From Octopus vulgaris (taxonomy: Eukaryota): DNA of 64,000 nt. The notes under the pieces are model-generated. The model was given only the letters and a program-made list of their open reading frames with translations, was not told the DNA's origin and ran no database searches. The translations under genes and the position numbers were made by a program. Location of the stretch: contig OX597832.1 of the NCBI GenBank assembly GCA_951406725.2, positions 47,244,001 to 47,308,000 on the forward strand, given 5' to 3'. Of the stretch, positions 1-15,180 are shown piece after piece (positions within the stretch are counted from its first letter, which is position 1; every line of letters starts with the position of its first letter).

Positions 1-150
1 GATCCGTGTAGCTGACTATGTGGAATTGTGGACATCCTATGCTATCTCTATCTACTGTCCTACACAGTATCCTATCTAGATACGATCTCGACGACCCGAT
101 GCATAGATAGATAGATAGATAGATACACAGACAGACAGACACACAGACAA

Positions 151-305
<155 letters not shown>

Positions 306-497
306 CGTTTAAATGTTGCTCATTGCATTCATCTTTACAGTTCAAGTCAATGAGATGAGAACATCTAAAAAAATTTTTCCGTTTTTTCTCATCAAGAGAA
401 ATAAAACTAATATTGTTACATCATTTCAAATAGTCTTCCTTGGCTGGCAGTCATTAACAAGACACATCATTGCCAGCAGTGATGTATTACAGTGATA

Positions 498-576
<79 letters not shown>

Positions 577-695
577 ATATATGTATGTATATATATGCAT
601 GTATGTATAACTTATAACTAAGGTATTTTTTAATATGCTGGCCATTGATAACTTTTTTTTTTATTTTATCGAAATATATATTTATCCTATATATA

Positions 696-742
<47 letters not shown>

Positions 743-1669
743 TTATATATATATATATATACATATATGATGTATGAGCATCATATATCATGTGTGTGTA
801 CCATGTGTGTGTACATGGATACACACACACGCACACACATATATATATATATACATATGTGTATATAATGAAAAATATATATTTGTATATGTGTGTGTGT
901 ATGTGTCAGTGTGTAGCAAATGCATACATATATGCGTATATATATGTAGTATGTACGTAAATACATGTAGAGATACACACACACTGGCACACTAGCATAC
1001 ACACATATATCTATATATACATACATGCATACATACCTACATGTATCTTTTCTGAAAACCTCCCTCTTCAATGCAAGATTTATAATAATTAAAAAATAGA
1101 AGATACATACATACATACATACATACATACATACATGCCTACATACATAAATACCTACATACATACATACATACATTCATACATACATAGATGCCTACAT
1201 ACATACATACATACACTCACACGCTCGCATACGAACACATATTCATCTATCGTCTGCTTCTGATAAATTATACTTAGTAATGTTTATTTAAAAGAGAAAA
1301 AAAAGCCTACCGCCTTTACTAAGACCATTATTACCCCATCCATATTGTTTCACGTACAACAAACTCTGCGTTCAATAAATACCTCTTTCTCAGTTTAAAT
1401 ATGTGCTTGTGATGGCTGGAACTTTTTCATTGATTTATAATATTTTGTGCGGTTGCTCTCTTTTTTTTATCGGTTTTACAGTTATTAATCACTGGACGGC
1501 AGCCATGATGGGTTAAACGCTTAGAAAGATTTAGTTATTTATGCAATAGTTATTTTGTTGTTTATTTAGTAGTTATTTCATTAAGAATATAAGTGGTACG
1601 ATAAAATGAACCGGGATGTAAGGTGACGTTATGAGATGTAATTTCAAAGGAGCCCAATAAATTTCTACA

Positions 1670-2010
1670 ATGGGAACAGGATCTGAAATTTGGGTGGAAA
1701 AGCGTGGGTTAGTCGATTACATCAACTCCAATGTTTAACTGGTACATGTTTAATTGGCCCAGAGGAAAGGCAATGTCAGCCACGACAAAATTTGAACTCA
1801 GAATGTATGGGTGATAGAAATGCAGCTAAGCGTCCTGTCCGGTGCGGTAGCGATTCCGCCAGGACTCAGATGTATTTATTTTACCGACCGTGAAAAGATG
1901 AAATACAAAGTCGACCTCGGTCAATTTGAACTCGGATCGTAAAGATCCAGTAGAAATGCAGCTAAGTATTTTGTCCGGTGTGTTAAGGATTCTACCATCT
2001 CACCGCCTTA
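1670..2010 (-). mobile_element. tRNA-derived SINE family A, two partial copies
   Basis: The reverse complement carries a tRNA-like head (B box gagttcaaatt) and the body gtcgactttg..tttcatc shared by many copies in the window. Confidence 0.75.
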
Positions 2011-3112
2011 TATGATAGCAAAAGAAGGTATCAATCAAATTTTGAGTGATTGCAGTAAACTAACCCGTGCAATAGGAGTATAGTGCAAAGTTGCATGGGC
2101 ACAAACTTAGAAGCTGTGATAGATAATGAGAAGTATTGGGTTGTCCGGAAAGTTCGTGCCGATGGCTGAGTCCATAAAATAGATTTGACTACACCTCCAT
2201 TTAGAGCACAGTTTAAGCTATCTTTTCGTGGAAGAAGGTTTATGTTCCTATAACCTGTGTTAATTCTGTAACCCTTTAAAATGGAAGATAAGAAAGTTCA
2301 TTTTCGGCACTTGATGCTTTGGGAACCAGACAAAAATTGCTGCAGCTCGGCTGGGATGTGTTACCCCCCACCCTCCATATTCACCAGATATTGCTCCTTC
2401 GGATTTCCACTTATTCAGGTCTCTGCAGAATAGTCTTAATGGTTAAAAATTTTAATTCCTTGGATGACGTAAAAAGATACCTTGAGGAATTCTTTGCCAT
2501 GAAACCGCCTCAATTCTGGGAAGAGGGTATTTTCAAGTTAAAGGAAAGATGGAGACGCATTGTGCAACAAAATGGTTCATATTTGGTTCATTAAAAATGT
2601 AATGGAAAGTATTTATTGACCTTTTTCTTTCCTTTAAAAATCGGCACGAAATTTCCGGACAACCCAATACAAGATCTTATGGGAGTAGATCATTAAAACT
2701 GGCCATACTATAGATGCAAGAAGACCAGACATGATTAAAGAGACGAAATAAACAAACAGAGCAAGATCATAGATTTTACAATTCTCTATGTCTGTATAGT
2801 CAATACCAAACAAACAGAAAAACTTGAGAAATATGAAGATGTAGCCAAAGAACTAAGGTGACCTTGGAAGGTCAAGACAACAATTATTTCTGTAGTAATA
2901 GCTGCACTTAGTGCAACACCCAAAATGCTGTCTAAAAGAGTGTAAAAATTATTGGAATTAAAACTTGTATTATCGACCTTTAGAAAAGTACCATCTTATA
3001 TTCTGCAAGAATCCTGAGAAAGATTCATGGGATTTCAGGCGACTTGCTGCCCCTAAACCTCAAGATGATGTGCCTGCAAACTAAATACCTAGCGAAATAA
3101 TAAGAAGAAGAA
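2010..3112 (+). mobile_element. Degenerate 3' part of an R4/Dong-like non-LTR retrotransposon (restriction-like endonuclease region), interrupted by the mariner
   Basis: Decayed frame DNEK-[mariner]-YKILW...ARRPDM...KIIDF...EKLEKYEDVAKEL...IISVVIAALSATPK, ending in gaaataataa. Confidence 0.7.
2136..2667 (+). mobile_element. Internally deleted mariner element, copy 1
   Basis: TIRs ttgggttgtccggaaagttcgtgccgat / atcggcacgaaatttccggacaacccaa flanked by TA. N-terminus MEDKKVHFRHLMLWE is joined to a frameshifted C-terminus with the mariner motif PYSPDIAPSDFHLF and ending WRRIVQQNGSY. Confidence 0.93.
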
Positions 3113-3124
3113 AAACTCCTTCTA

Positions 3125-3328
3125 CTAAAGGCACAAGGCCTCAAATTTCCGGGGGAAGGGACTAGTCGAATATATTGACCCCTCTGAGTTTCACTAGTAC
3201 TTATTTCATCGACCCCGAAAGGATAAAAGCGAAGTTAACCTCGGTGTAATTTGAACTTAGAACGTAAAGACGGACGAAATGCCGCCAAGCATATCGCCAG
3301 GCGTGTTAACGATTCTGCCAGTTCGCCA

Positions 3329-3410
<82 letters not shown>

Positions 3411-3594
3411 GTTTTTTTTTTACTATAGGCTCAAGGCCTGAAAACTTGGGGGAGGGTTAAGTTGATTACATCGACTCCGAAAGGATGAAAGCTAAGTTAA
3501 CCTCGGCGGAATTTGAACTTAGAATGTAAAGACGGACGAAATGCCGCAAAGCATTTTGCCACGCGTGTTAACGATTCTGCCAGTTCGCCAGCTT
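3125..3594 (-). mobile_element. SINE family A, two copies separated by (TAA)n
   Basis: ggcacaaggcc...atcgaccccgaaaggat...tttgaacttagaacgtaaagacggacgaaatgccgc...aacgattctgccagttcgcc occurs twice. Confidence 0.85.
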
Positions 3595-3680
3595 AATAAT
3601 AATAATAATTATAATGATGATGATGATAAAATGTCCTACTGTTCCTTATTTTTTTTTCGTATTTACTTTTGATTTTCCAG

Positions 3681-3785
3681 AACTGGGTGTCGAGGAAATT
3701 GCTGGTATAACCGCTGGCTGTTTACTTGCAGCATTGATATTATTAGGGTTTTGTTGTTGGTGTCAAAGGCGGAAACAGTATTCAG
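3681..3785 (+). CDS. Internal exon of a single-pass (type I-like) membrane protein: transmembrane helix, Cys cluster and basic stop-transfer
   Basis: Acceptor ttttgattttccag and donor CAG|gtaagt. 105 nt, phase 1-1. Reads (E)LGVEEIAGITAGCLLAALILLGFCCWCQRRKQYS: hydrophobic stretch followed by CCWC and RRK. Confidence 0.88.
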
Positions 3786-4462
3786 GTAAGTATCTTTGTT
3801 TTATTTTAATCCTTTACCATTCATACCAGTCATACCAAGCTAAAATATTTCACCTGTTTTGTGTTGAAACTCGCTGGATCCGGCTTCTCACACCTGCCCT
3901 ACAATGCCATTCTAGAACAAAACAAATAGATTGTAAAGCATGCGTGCTGTATCACCTGTCAGAGACGTAAGTGTGAAAGCTTTGTTTTGTACCTTTGACC
4001 ATGGAGCTGTTTTCGCAATCTCGTATTAAGAACGCGTTATTTAGTATGAACACGTATCCATTTTGAATTTAAGAAACAGTCAAAGAAATTCTTTCCACAG
4101 TCACGCGGGATTCTAAGGCTTTGTGTTGGCATTATATAATCGATTGACTAGCTCATCCTTTCAACTGCCTTCTTTTAAAGGCTTATATTGCATCTTCGTT
4201 AAAGCAACATTAGGATGCGTAAAGCAGTACTAACAATAGCAAAGATGTCTGACACAGATAAAGAAAAACTAGATAGAAACTTATTATAGTTGTAATAGTT
4301 ATAAGAACACAATATGAAAACGAAAGGAATGTAAAAAAAAAAAACAAATGATAAAAACAATAAGAAAAAACACGAAATTTCAAAAGTGAATGTAATTTTA
4401 CAGTTTAATTCCTTCTTACGCTGGAATCTAGAAAACAGAAGAAAATCGATAAAATAATAATG

Positions 4463-4511
<49 letters not shown>

Positions 4512-4537
4512 TAATAATGATAATAATAATAATAATG

Positions 4538-4614
<77 letters not shown>

Positions 4615-4873
4615 AAGAAGAAGAAGAAGAAGAAGAAGAAGAATGATAATAATAATAATGAAACAAATTCTGATTTTATATAACATCTTTGGTAAAATAT
4701 ATAAAAATATTTTCAATTCTTTCAGTTGGTAAAACTTTTGCAAATCGAAAACTAATTTAGCAACTGGAATAGATATTTCAAGTTTAACTAATTAATCACC
4801 TCGGTCTTTGTCAATCTTCTTTTTTATATCAATCTAGCTCACACGATCATGCAACAACGATCTATTGCATCAA

Positions 4874-4965
<92 letters not shown>

Positions 4966-5013
4966 GTATGTATATCATGAATACAACACATTAGCAACTA
5001 AGCCATGCTCCTT

Positions 5014-5044
<31 letters not shown>

Positions 5045-5419
5045 ATATATATACATACATATATATATATATACACAATTCACATATATACATACTATAC
5101 GTACATTCATAGACTCATGCATACGCACACACATGCATGCACATACACACATGCATTTGCTTCTGCGCGTGTGAAATACGTGAAATCAAACACCGTCCGG
5201 AAACAAAGCAAAATTGCGGGGTGGGCGTGTACTTGGGAGTGTTTGTGTGCTTTTGAGCATGCGCGCGTGTGTGTGTGATGAAAATAGGAGAGAATGAGGA
5301 GAGGGAGGGAGAAGAAGAAGAAGAAGAAGAAGAGAAAAGACGAGAAAGACGAGAGAGAGGAAGCCACCTGGTTCTGTCACATTTTTTGCCATTTTTTTAA
5401 TTTACATGTTTATCATTCC

Positions 5420-5479
<60 letters not shown>

Positions 5480-6158
5480 GAATGAGTGAAGAAGCGCTTT
5501 TGTTGATTCTACGTATATATCGTTCACATCTTATAAATAAAAAGGCATAAATATTGCAGTGAGGTTAAGAAGCTCGCTTTACTACCACATGGTTACGGGT
5601 TCCAGTGCACGACACTTTGGACAAATGATTTATAACGAGTGACGATCCGAGCAAGGCCTTGTGAATGAATTTGGTACACAGGAACTGCATGCATCCACCC
5701 ATGTATATATGTGTGTATGTATGTATTTATTATGAATGTATGTGTGTGTATGTACGTATATATGTATGTGCGTAAACATGTATGTATGTGTGCAGATTTG
5801 TATGTTTCGTGTTATGTATATATTCTCATGCATATAGTTGCATATCTAGACATGCTCATATATACTTAAATGATAAACTTTTACAAATGATAAACTCTTA
5901 ACGTTTTACACATTTTTACAATTGTAAAGACGGATTGGATCTGTAGTCTTCGAACTAGCTTTCGGCTTTCTGGTTTTGAGAAGCCTAATTTCTCAAAAAC
6001 GAGATATATATAAATATTTCCTTATATTTCAAAATAAAACTAGCATAATGTATTCGTTAAAAAGTGGAAATGAATTCACAATTTTCACATTTTTACACAA
6101 TTTTCACATTTTTTCACAATTTTCACATTTTTTCACAATTTTCTTTTATTTTACATAG

Positions 6159-6242
6159 AGGATGACAGTGACGATGAAGACGAGAAACAAAGAATGGAAC
6201 CCGACTCAGAAATTTCAATGTCCAAAATGCCAAAACCTAATG
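6159..6242 (+). CDS. Next exon: acidic juxtamembrane cytoplasmic segment
   Basis: Acceptor ttttcttttattttacatag and donor ATG|gtaacg. 84 nt, phase 1-1, in frame with the previous exon. Reads EDDSDDEDEKQRMEPDSEISMSKMPKPN. Confidence 0.85.
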
Positions 6243-6682
6243 GTAACGTACAAATATATTAAATCTTTTTACAACTCCGATGTATTCAAAGCATTGAATG
6301 ATAAATGTCACGGTTATTATTTTTTTTTTTTGCTCTATTGCATGAGGAAACGTTTTAGTAAGCATGCGCAAACAAACGTACATACATATAACCGTTGAGA
6401 TGCGCGCACAAAACACTAATTCCTACTCAAGCGCACTGCTTACGACTTTTCAAACGCACCCATTCAACAATAAATCGTGTCATGAGGAAATTAAAACGGC
6501 AGAGTTACGAAGGGGTTTTTGTTTTGCATAATAATTTACGTAAACGCACTGCCCTTTCTAGACATTGACACTCACACATATATATACCCTCACATATGTA
6601 CATATGCATGTGTTTATGTATGTGTATGTGTGTATGTGTATTTATGTATATATGTATGTATATACATATGTATATACATATG

Positions 6683-6724
<42 letters not shown>

Positions 6725-7859
6725 TACATATATAATGGATTGCAATTTGCTGTGTATCTTTGAATGCACATACACACGCACAAATACACACACATACACA
6801 TACATACATACATACATACATACATACATAAATACATACATACATACATACATACATACATGCATACATACATACTCAAACCCGCGATCTCTCAACCGCG
6901 AATCCGCTGCTCTAACCACTAGGCCTTGTGCCTCCACTATGAAATAGAAAAGATCATCTAACAGTTATTTATAATGTAATATCTATTCGCCATCCTGATG
7001 GGAACTTTCACGTCAGATACCACGAAAAAATGAACTTCTCTGTCTCAGGAAGCTACAAAGGCGAGGGTTTAATATCGTAATACATTATAAATGACCACGC
7101 AGTGGCCAGATTCTGAACAGGTCTAAAAATATCTTAGGAGCACAAACTTTGCGTAACGAACAGTACCAACGTACGACATGTCTTTTCTTTTTAGATATTA
7201 TTCTTGCTCTAATCACCACCAAACACCGCCCAAAAAAGCATAAAGCAGAACCCGTATATATACCCCAAGCAATCTTGGTATTACTTTAAAAAATTTTCCT
7301 ACGCAGCATATTTAAAATATTTTCTAGCACATCCTCTCACCAGGACGTTTTATGTCAAACTATCTCCTATCATAATGGCGCTCTCGATAGGATATTGCGA
7401 TGTGCAATTCTTCTTGTCCATAAGTGATTTTCCTGAGTATAATTGATATGCATCTACAAGATGATAGAATATGTAGACAGTGTCATGAGTATTGCATAAA
7501 ACCTTCTTCTAACTCTTCTTTGAATTAACGTCTTTTTATTTGTCCAGAGTTATCTATCCTGTGGCAGATCATAACCCTCATGGATTAATGTTGTAGATTC
7601 ATACAGACGAGTGACGTCAAACAATAGGGAGGTTGAAATTTTGATAGATTCAAGCATTACAGTAAAAAACACGCGCCAAGTTTATATTTCAAGATTTTAC
7701 TCGAGAAGGTAAAAAATCTAGTGAGACATATGCACTGAAAGATTATTCGTTTCGATACGGAGCTACAGTGACCACTGCTACGGATCAATATGATATCAAG
7801 AGTCAATATGGTATCAAGATACAATATCCCACGATATTTAAGCAACTAGTACTCGTCTA

Positions 7860-8280
7860 AAATGACCTTTTAATTCTAATTCCGAGCAGCAAATACCGTA
7901 AATACTCCAAACATTTTGAAAATAAACTTATCAAGGCCGTAGCAAAAGATTAATCTCCCTAAGAATCAATTTAAATTTTCGGACTAAACAAACAACCTCT
8001 ATGAAATAGGTAGCATTAAATATCACAAACTAGTTCTTGTTAGTATAACTCAGAACTATAGGGAAGCAAATACCAAAACTACCAACAATACTAACGTCGA
8101 AGCTAAGATTATAGCAACGCGAAAAATTCGATAACAGAATATAACGTCAAGATAAACAAAAGGCATACATAGCGTTAAAGGATCACAAGACAGGCATCAC
8201 AAATAAATCTATTTGCGGACTAATAAATCCAACTAAAACACAAATAGGATTAATAAGCAAAACATATACAGAGGAATATA
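7860..8280 (+). mobile_element. Penelope-like element reverse-transcriptase fragment, degenerate
   Basis: Translates to ...YHKLVLVSITQNYREAN...VEAKIIA...AYIALKDHKTGITNKSICGLINPTKTQIGLISK. This matches the TLKDHK...CRLINP.K..IG.ISK motif I recall from invertebrate PLEs. Confidence 0.68.
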
Positions 8281-8960
8281 TAGATAAGAAGATTTGGAAG
8301 ATAACCGAGATTGACGATGGTCTAACAGTCTTATATTTATCATATGGTTCAGTGAGATTAAAAATAGGGCTCTCGTTCTTTCTCTGTCTCTCTCCGTCTA
8401 TCTCTCATTCTATCTCTTTTTCTTTCTTTCTTCCTCTCTCTCCTTCCCTCTCTCCTCTTCAGCTTTCTCTCACTGTTTCTTGCTCCCGGTCAACATAAAC
8501 ACACATCTCACATATATTCTCATACGTATGCAAAAAAATCATCGACAATGTTTGTTAAAACGAACATACCGCAAATAAATGAAAGCACATACGTAATTTC
8601 ACAAACACACGTGCATCAATAATCGTGAATATGCTTTGCATTGAAACAGACGCCTATGCTACGGATTACAAGCGGTAATGATATACATACGCTGATCCAT
8701 ACACACCCACATATATGTACACACTCACAGACACAAATGTATGTACGTATGCATGTATGTATATATAAATATGCACACAATCAATAGCATAGTGAAGTGT
8801 AAAAGTAATTTAAAAATGAAGAAAGCCAGCGGTCTGATACTCTGGAGTTTTCCATGCGTAAAAGGCAGATTTTCAGACACGTTATTCCTGTCTCCATGAC
8901 CAGTTACACGCTGGAGAATCTCCAGAGTAACGGGCTACACGCTGTGGATTCAGTCTACAG

Positions 8961-9015
<55 letters not shown>

Positions 9016-9233
9016 CTACCCATACACACGCATGTGTGTGTAAGTATGGGTGTCTGTGTAAGAGCATGTTTGAGGAGAGACTGCTAGACAGACAAAAATA
9101 AGCTTATAAAAATATATATGTATTCGCTTATTGACAATTATATTATAAAGTTCCTTTCACCATATATTTAAACAATACGTCTCTATATATATATGTATAT
9201 ATATATGTACATTTATATATATATATATATATG

Positions 9234-9294
<61 letters not shown>

Positions 9295-9459
9295 TTACAT
9301 ACATACACAGAATGTTCTCATTCATATATTCACATATATTTACGTACATGTATACATACATTATAATAATGCATATACACATAATAACATGTGCTCTTGA
9401 GTCACACATATCCATTCGTAAACTGAAATGTATAACTATGTGCATAGAAAGATAGATAC

Positions 9460-9541
<82 letters not shown>

Positions 9542-10327
9542 GGATATGTATGTATAAATATGTATATATATATATATATATATGTATGTACGTATACATG
9601 TATATGTATACATGCATATATATGTATATCTATATATACGTATATACACACACAGACATATATATATATATATTTATACATATATATATATATACATATA
9701 TATAAATACATATATATATATATATACACTTATATTACACATATACGTCAATCGTAAGAAACACAAACTCCCGGGTCTACATTCATATCATGAAACCTCT
9801 CCGTTTTGTTATTCTCTTACCTTAGTCTTTTCAACGTGAACGTCCATTACTCTCTAAGAAAAACATGCTTGCACGCATGCATTCATCACGTGCATACAAG
9901 AAAATAATAAAATTAATCGTAAGCATTGACAACGTCATATTCAGAACAACAACGACAAAAGAATCAAAGTCGCCGTATTTCTAAATACACGCATTATGAT
10001 TTTATTGAGCGCATAGTTTTCAAATTACGGGCCTGTAACAATATTATATTTGACATATCTTCCATTAACCTCCTGTACAACAGTGAGCTAAAACTCCTTG
10101 ATGCAATATGGAAAAAAAAGCATGCTTCTAACATAACAAGGTAAAAACACAATTTGTTGCAACAATCTTACGAGGAAAAGTAAAGGATCCTTTATTACAT
10201 TTGAAGAAATAGATTCTTGTTTCGTTTATTCATCGTTTTGCCATCTACCCGAGTAACTTAATTTGCCTTGCTCTTGCATGAAATTCCTACTTATATTCTT
10301 TATAATTCAAGTATTGCATATTCATGA

Positions 10328-10379
<52 letters not shown>

Positions 10380-10748
10380 CTAAAGATATATAGATAGATA
10401 TATATATACATAGACGCACATATATATGGCATGCATGTATACCTGTATATGCGTGTGTACGAATGTATATATTTATATATATATATATATATATATGAAT
10501 ATGTATACATGTGTGTGTGTGTGACGTAGAAACATTGAATACGGAAGATGATGTGTTCTGCTATACTCAACGTGCACTGAGGAATTATATATATATATGA
10601 GAGATGGAGAGAGAGATTTCAATGCTTGTATTTTTATGTTAATTTATATGTAAAAAATAATTTAATATTAAACTGAACGATTGGGGAATACTTTATAGTG
10701 GGGTACTAGAAAACGAGCGTATAGTATCTGCTTGGTAGCTTTTATCGG

Positions 10749-10799
<51 letters not shown>

Positions 10800-10969
10800 G
10801 TGGTGTGTGTTAAGGCATTTCCCCCCACCCCACATACACACGCACACTAACTAAACATAGACGCACATAGAGATATACGCATGCGCAAATGAAGACACAT
10901 ACAATAGAAATACAAAATGGCTGACGGTTAGTAAGGAGAGACACACAAATAAGAAAGAAGACAGCAAAG

Positions 10970-11013
10970 GACCACTGATGCGGTCACAGGAGTGTGACGA
11001 AAGAACTCTGGCC
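10970..11013 (+). ncRNA. Minimal type I hammerhead-like motif with a mutated core
   Basis: cca CTGATGC g GTCAC aggagt GTGAC GAAA gaac TC tgg. Stem I CCA/TGG, stem II 5 bp, A9 changed to C. Confidence 0.6.
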
Positions 11014-11188
11014 GAAATAAGATTAAGATTAATGTAAAAAATAAATGATGCTGAAGCAAAGTAACACCAAATATATAGTGCGTGTGATTTTATTGGCTAA
11101 ACTGGCAAAATGACCATTCCTAAATACAAAAAAAAATATATATATGTATATTTGTAAATATAATATGTGACAGTTATTCGGTAGCCAT

Positions 11189-11249
11189 GCTAAAACTCGG
11201 AGTTTCAGATGTCGAGGCGGAAATCCATGCCGGCATCTCTTCAGTTATC
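11189..11249 (-). ncRNA. Type I hammerhead ribozyme motif with a canonical core
   Basis: Minus strand GATAA CTGAAGA GATGCC...GACATC T GAAA CTCCGAG T T TTAGC. Stem III is the near-palindromic ACTC-C-GAGT. Confidence 0.7.
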
Positions 11250-11318
11250 GGGCCATCGAAACAGTATTGCTATGACTTTGACCGCTAAGTAAGGGGAGGG
11301 AGTCAAGGTAAAGGAGTA

Positions 11319-11391
<73 letters not shown>

Positions 11392-12056
11392 AATGATGAA
11401 AGACATTCAGAATTACAACGAGAATTCATTTTAAGGACTTACGAAATTAATTGAATCCTTAATGATTTAAATAATTTACAAACTATATTTACATGTGAAA
11501 TTAATCTGCCCCGTTTTTCAGACAATAGGTATACCGTGTGTATATATCATATATTTTCTTTATCATTTTACACAAACGAATCCATCAGATAAGATTATCT
11601 CAATGAAATATGGTCAAAACATCTATTTGCATGGAAACATTTCATACTCAGAGGATTGAAACTAGAATTTAATTCATTAAATAAAATTATGATGAAATAT
11701 AACGAATTTATTTAATTTTAGGTATGCGAAAATTCAATAGGCAAATTTCGATTAATCACAAAATGTCTCAAGGGAGGTCACTCTAAGAATTGTTTCGATA
11801 ATATTTCAAAAATTCCGTTATTGTTTCAGTAATTTTTAAACAATTCTTTTAAAACACTTCAAAACCAGCGGTTTTTCTTTGAACCGATGTACTAAACTCC
11901 ATGCATACAAGGCAGTAATAATTCTATTCTTTTGTCCAAGCCTTTTATTTCTTTGAAGTAAAATTTACTCCGTATTTAATATTAAAAATGTTGGGTTGTG
12001 TCTTTTGTAATATATAGATGACAGTATACATACTTCCATACGTAATACGCTTATAT

Positions 12057-12108
<52 letters not shown>

Positions 12109-13127
12109 ATGTGTGTGTGTGTGTGTGTGTATTATGTATTATATATGTATCTAATGCCTTGTCCGTGTTTGTTTTCGTTTGTTTATCAGCATAAGCCAAT
12201 GTGTAGGTTTGTATATCTTGATACAAAAAAAAATGACTTAAGCATTCGCCGGATAGAGAACGAGAATATAAATGAAATACTGAAATAGATAGTGGAATCA
12301 ATATCATAGATGAAAAGCCTATGAGGTGGTACCCCACAGCCTAACCAATTCCACCTACTAAAACATGAAAACGAACGAAAAAGATGTTATTGCGAAAACG
12401 ACATATTTTTTACAAAGCCAGCGTTATACTTTCTCCTATCAACAAATATATAGTTGAGATAAGAGTAGAATTACGAAAGTTGCTGACAACTCATTCCTTT
12501 GACAGAATATTAAATTACATATATTTGGCCTTTCTTTACTTAGGTGTTATTTGCAAAACTATACTTTCGCAAATAACCTGTCTGATAGGCAAATTAATCT
12601 CTTCTCAATCATATTTACCCTGACGTTGCTTTTCTGTCTTTGAAGTAAGTAAACTATTTATCCATGTCATCTCCAGTGATGGAAACTACCTAAAAGGTTA
12701 ACTACATACTTCCACTTACGGCATATCTATGACAACACTAAAGTTCCAGTCTGATCCCCGTTTTTTGTGGAGCGTACTGTTGTTGTCGTTTTCGTTACTG
12801 ATAATGTTTTTTGGGTGTTTATGTCAAACTATCCCCATCAAACCCCCTCCTGTTAGAGCCCCGATTTAGTTATCAATATATAATTAAGGAATTCATCACT
12901 TGACAGTAATAACGTGTTTTGTTTTTTTGTGTTACTTTTTTTAAAAACAATTAAATATGATACATAGTTTTTCATTTATAATCAAATGCGTCGAAGATTT
13001 GTATATTAATGCTGTTCTTGACTCCCGTACCTCTGAAATTACCAAAATATGTACCAAAAAAGTAATAATATCACTATAACGTATTATATCAATTAGCACG
13101 CACGTACACACTCACAGATTTATATTT

Positions 13128-13183
<56 letters not shown>

Positions 13184-14384
13184 ATATACATATACATATA
13201 CATATACACATTATATATATATTCATATTATATATATATATATATATATATACATATGATTTATATAAACATATTATATATATACATATACATATATATT
13301 CATAATATATTCATATTATATATGCACATATTATATATATATTTATATAGATACATAAGCGCAATTTCATTTCATTTATAATGGTGGACACTGCAAGGAA
13401 TATACATACAGCTGTTTATTGGTGGTATGAGTTGAGAGTTTCTACAACTCAACATTACTAAAATTAAATTGCCCTTCTCGAATTTTTTGTTGTTTAGACA
13501 TAGATTTAACACACCTATGAGGAAAGATATCCCGGTGGTTACAATCTCGTCATTTAGCTTATGACGGATTGAATGATCCAATGTCTTCTTTTCTCAAATC
13601 AGTTAAGCGCGTTTCTTTTTGTGTCGTATTTGGCTGGTACTTTTAGCAAGTCGATGCACAGAGTAGAGTATCCCTCGTTTTTACGAACTACATATTGTTA
13701 TTTTCGATTAAGTCCTAAGTAATTCCAGATTGAGTAGATCTCTGGTCAAATGGATGTGATGTGAATATCTCGTCAGCTTTTTAAAGATACCGGTCACGTG
13801 ACTCGTTTCCATAGCACTACCGCTCTAGTGATACTTTGATTTTTTCACCAATATTTTCCAAGTTTGAGCTTTCAATAGCTCTGACACAGTATTATACATT
13901 TGGTGTAAGTCCTATTCAGGTGATATCATTCCCTGACTCCTGTATATATAATACTACATTACTTAACTTCCTAATTTAATGGAGTAATGTATATGGTAAG
14001 ACTGATTTGGTTGCTGTCTTACAAAAGGTCAACCATTATTGTAGAGGTTCTTACATTTGGCCACAATTTAGATATATTTCTTGATGGTTCGTTTGAGAGT
14101 TTAACGTTTGGAAACCTATTTTATGGTTAGAAGATTAGCGGGATTTTCTATTCTTTTCTTCTTTTGCACTGTTAAAATTTTCCCTTACTGAATTGCAGCC
14201 GTGTTAAGCACAGCCTTCACCGACGGCAGAGCTTATTTCGATCTGTTGTTTTATCGTTCTCTATTTCTACAGTAAATAAAAGTCACTTTTTAATACGGTA
14301 GCCTTTACTCGACCATCCGATATGCAGAAACACAGCTTTACACCTGTACAGGCAAACACAGACATATACCGATATATATATGTG

Positions 14385-14428
<44 letters not shown>

Positions 14429-14432
<4 letters not shown>

Positions 14433-14615
14433 AGAGTTTACGATATAAAAAACAAAAGACGAAGACAGGTGGTGTACAAAACAAACAGATGTATTAGTAT
14501 AACGCTCAGGAATAGAAAAAGTCTTTTACGTTTCGAACCTACGCTCTTCTACAGAAAGGGACACAGAAAAAACAAGGAGAGAAAAAATGTGTGTAGTGTC
14601 TAACGATCTTTCCTT
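14429..14615 (-). mobile_element. Short non-coding hammerhead-bearing element within (TA)n, copy 1
   Basis: About 190 bp flanked on both sides by (TA)n. Clearly homologous to 27707-27917. Confidence 0.7.
14522..14558 (-). ncRNA. Minimal hammerhead-like motif (A6 to U variant)
   Basis: Minus strand CTTT CTGTAGA A GAGC gtag GTTC GAA ACGT A AAAG, with palindromic ACGT as stem III. Confidence 0.6.
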
Positions 14616-14943
14616 TATATATATATATATATATATATACCAGTAAATGGTGAACTTGCTATACAATATTTGAATATATTTGAATATAGCTCTAGACTGG
14701 CGATTCTATTCGTCCCCGATTCATTGAAGGTACGTGATGTTGATAAGGCACGAAAATCGTGAAATATCAGTATCCAACATACCTGAATTGGATCGTAGCT
14801 GTGTTGTCTCGCTTGTCTATCACTTCCAGGTGTTTTAACACCCAGCTTAATGAGGGAGTCGTCCTACGGGTGCTGTTCCACAGCGAACCGCCGACAAACA
14901 AAACACATATATTGAGCATGTGCCGTCGATAAGACAGACAGAC

Positions 14944-15025
<82 letters not shown>

Positions 15026-15103
15026 GTTTCTTTATTGGCCACGCAGGGCTGCACACAGATGGGACAAATTACAAGGTAGAGCTTTTCTTTTGGGGGATGA
15101 TAA

Positions 15104-15180
<77 letters not shown>

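Noticed and set aside
10084-10140. 57-nt exon-like segment (ELKLLDAIWKKKHASNIT)
   Set aside because: It is open only as phase 2-2, whereas the surrounding intron is phase 1, which gives an immediate stop.
13372-14100. Possible decayed transposon ORF on the minus strand
   Set aside because: Only a short NLCL resemblance to PLE endonuclease tails, not enough to assign.
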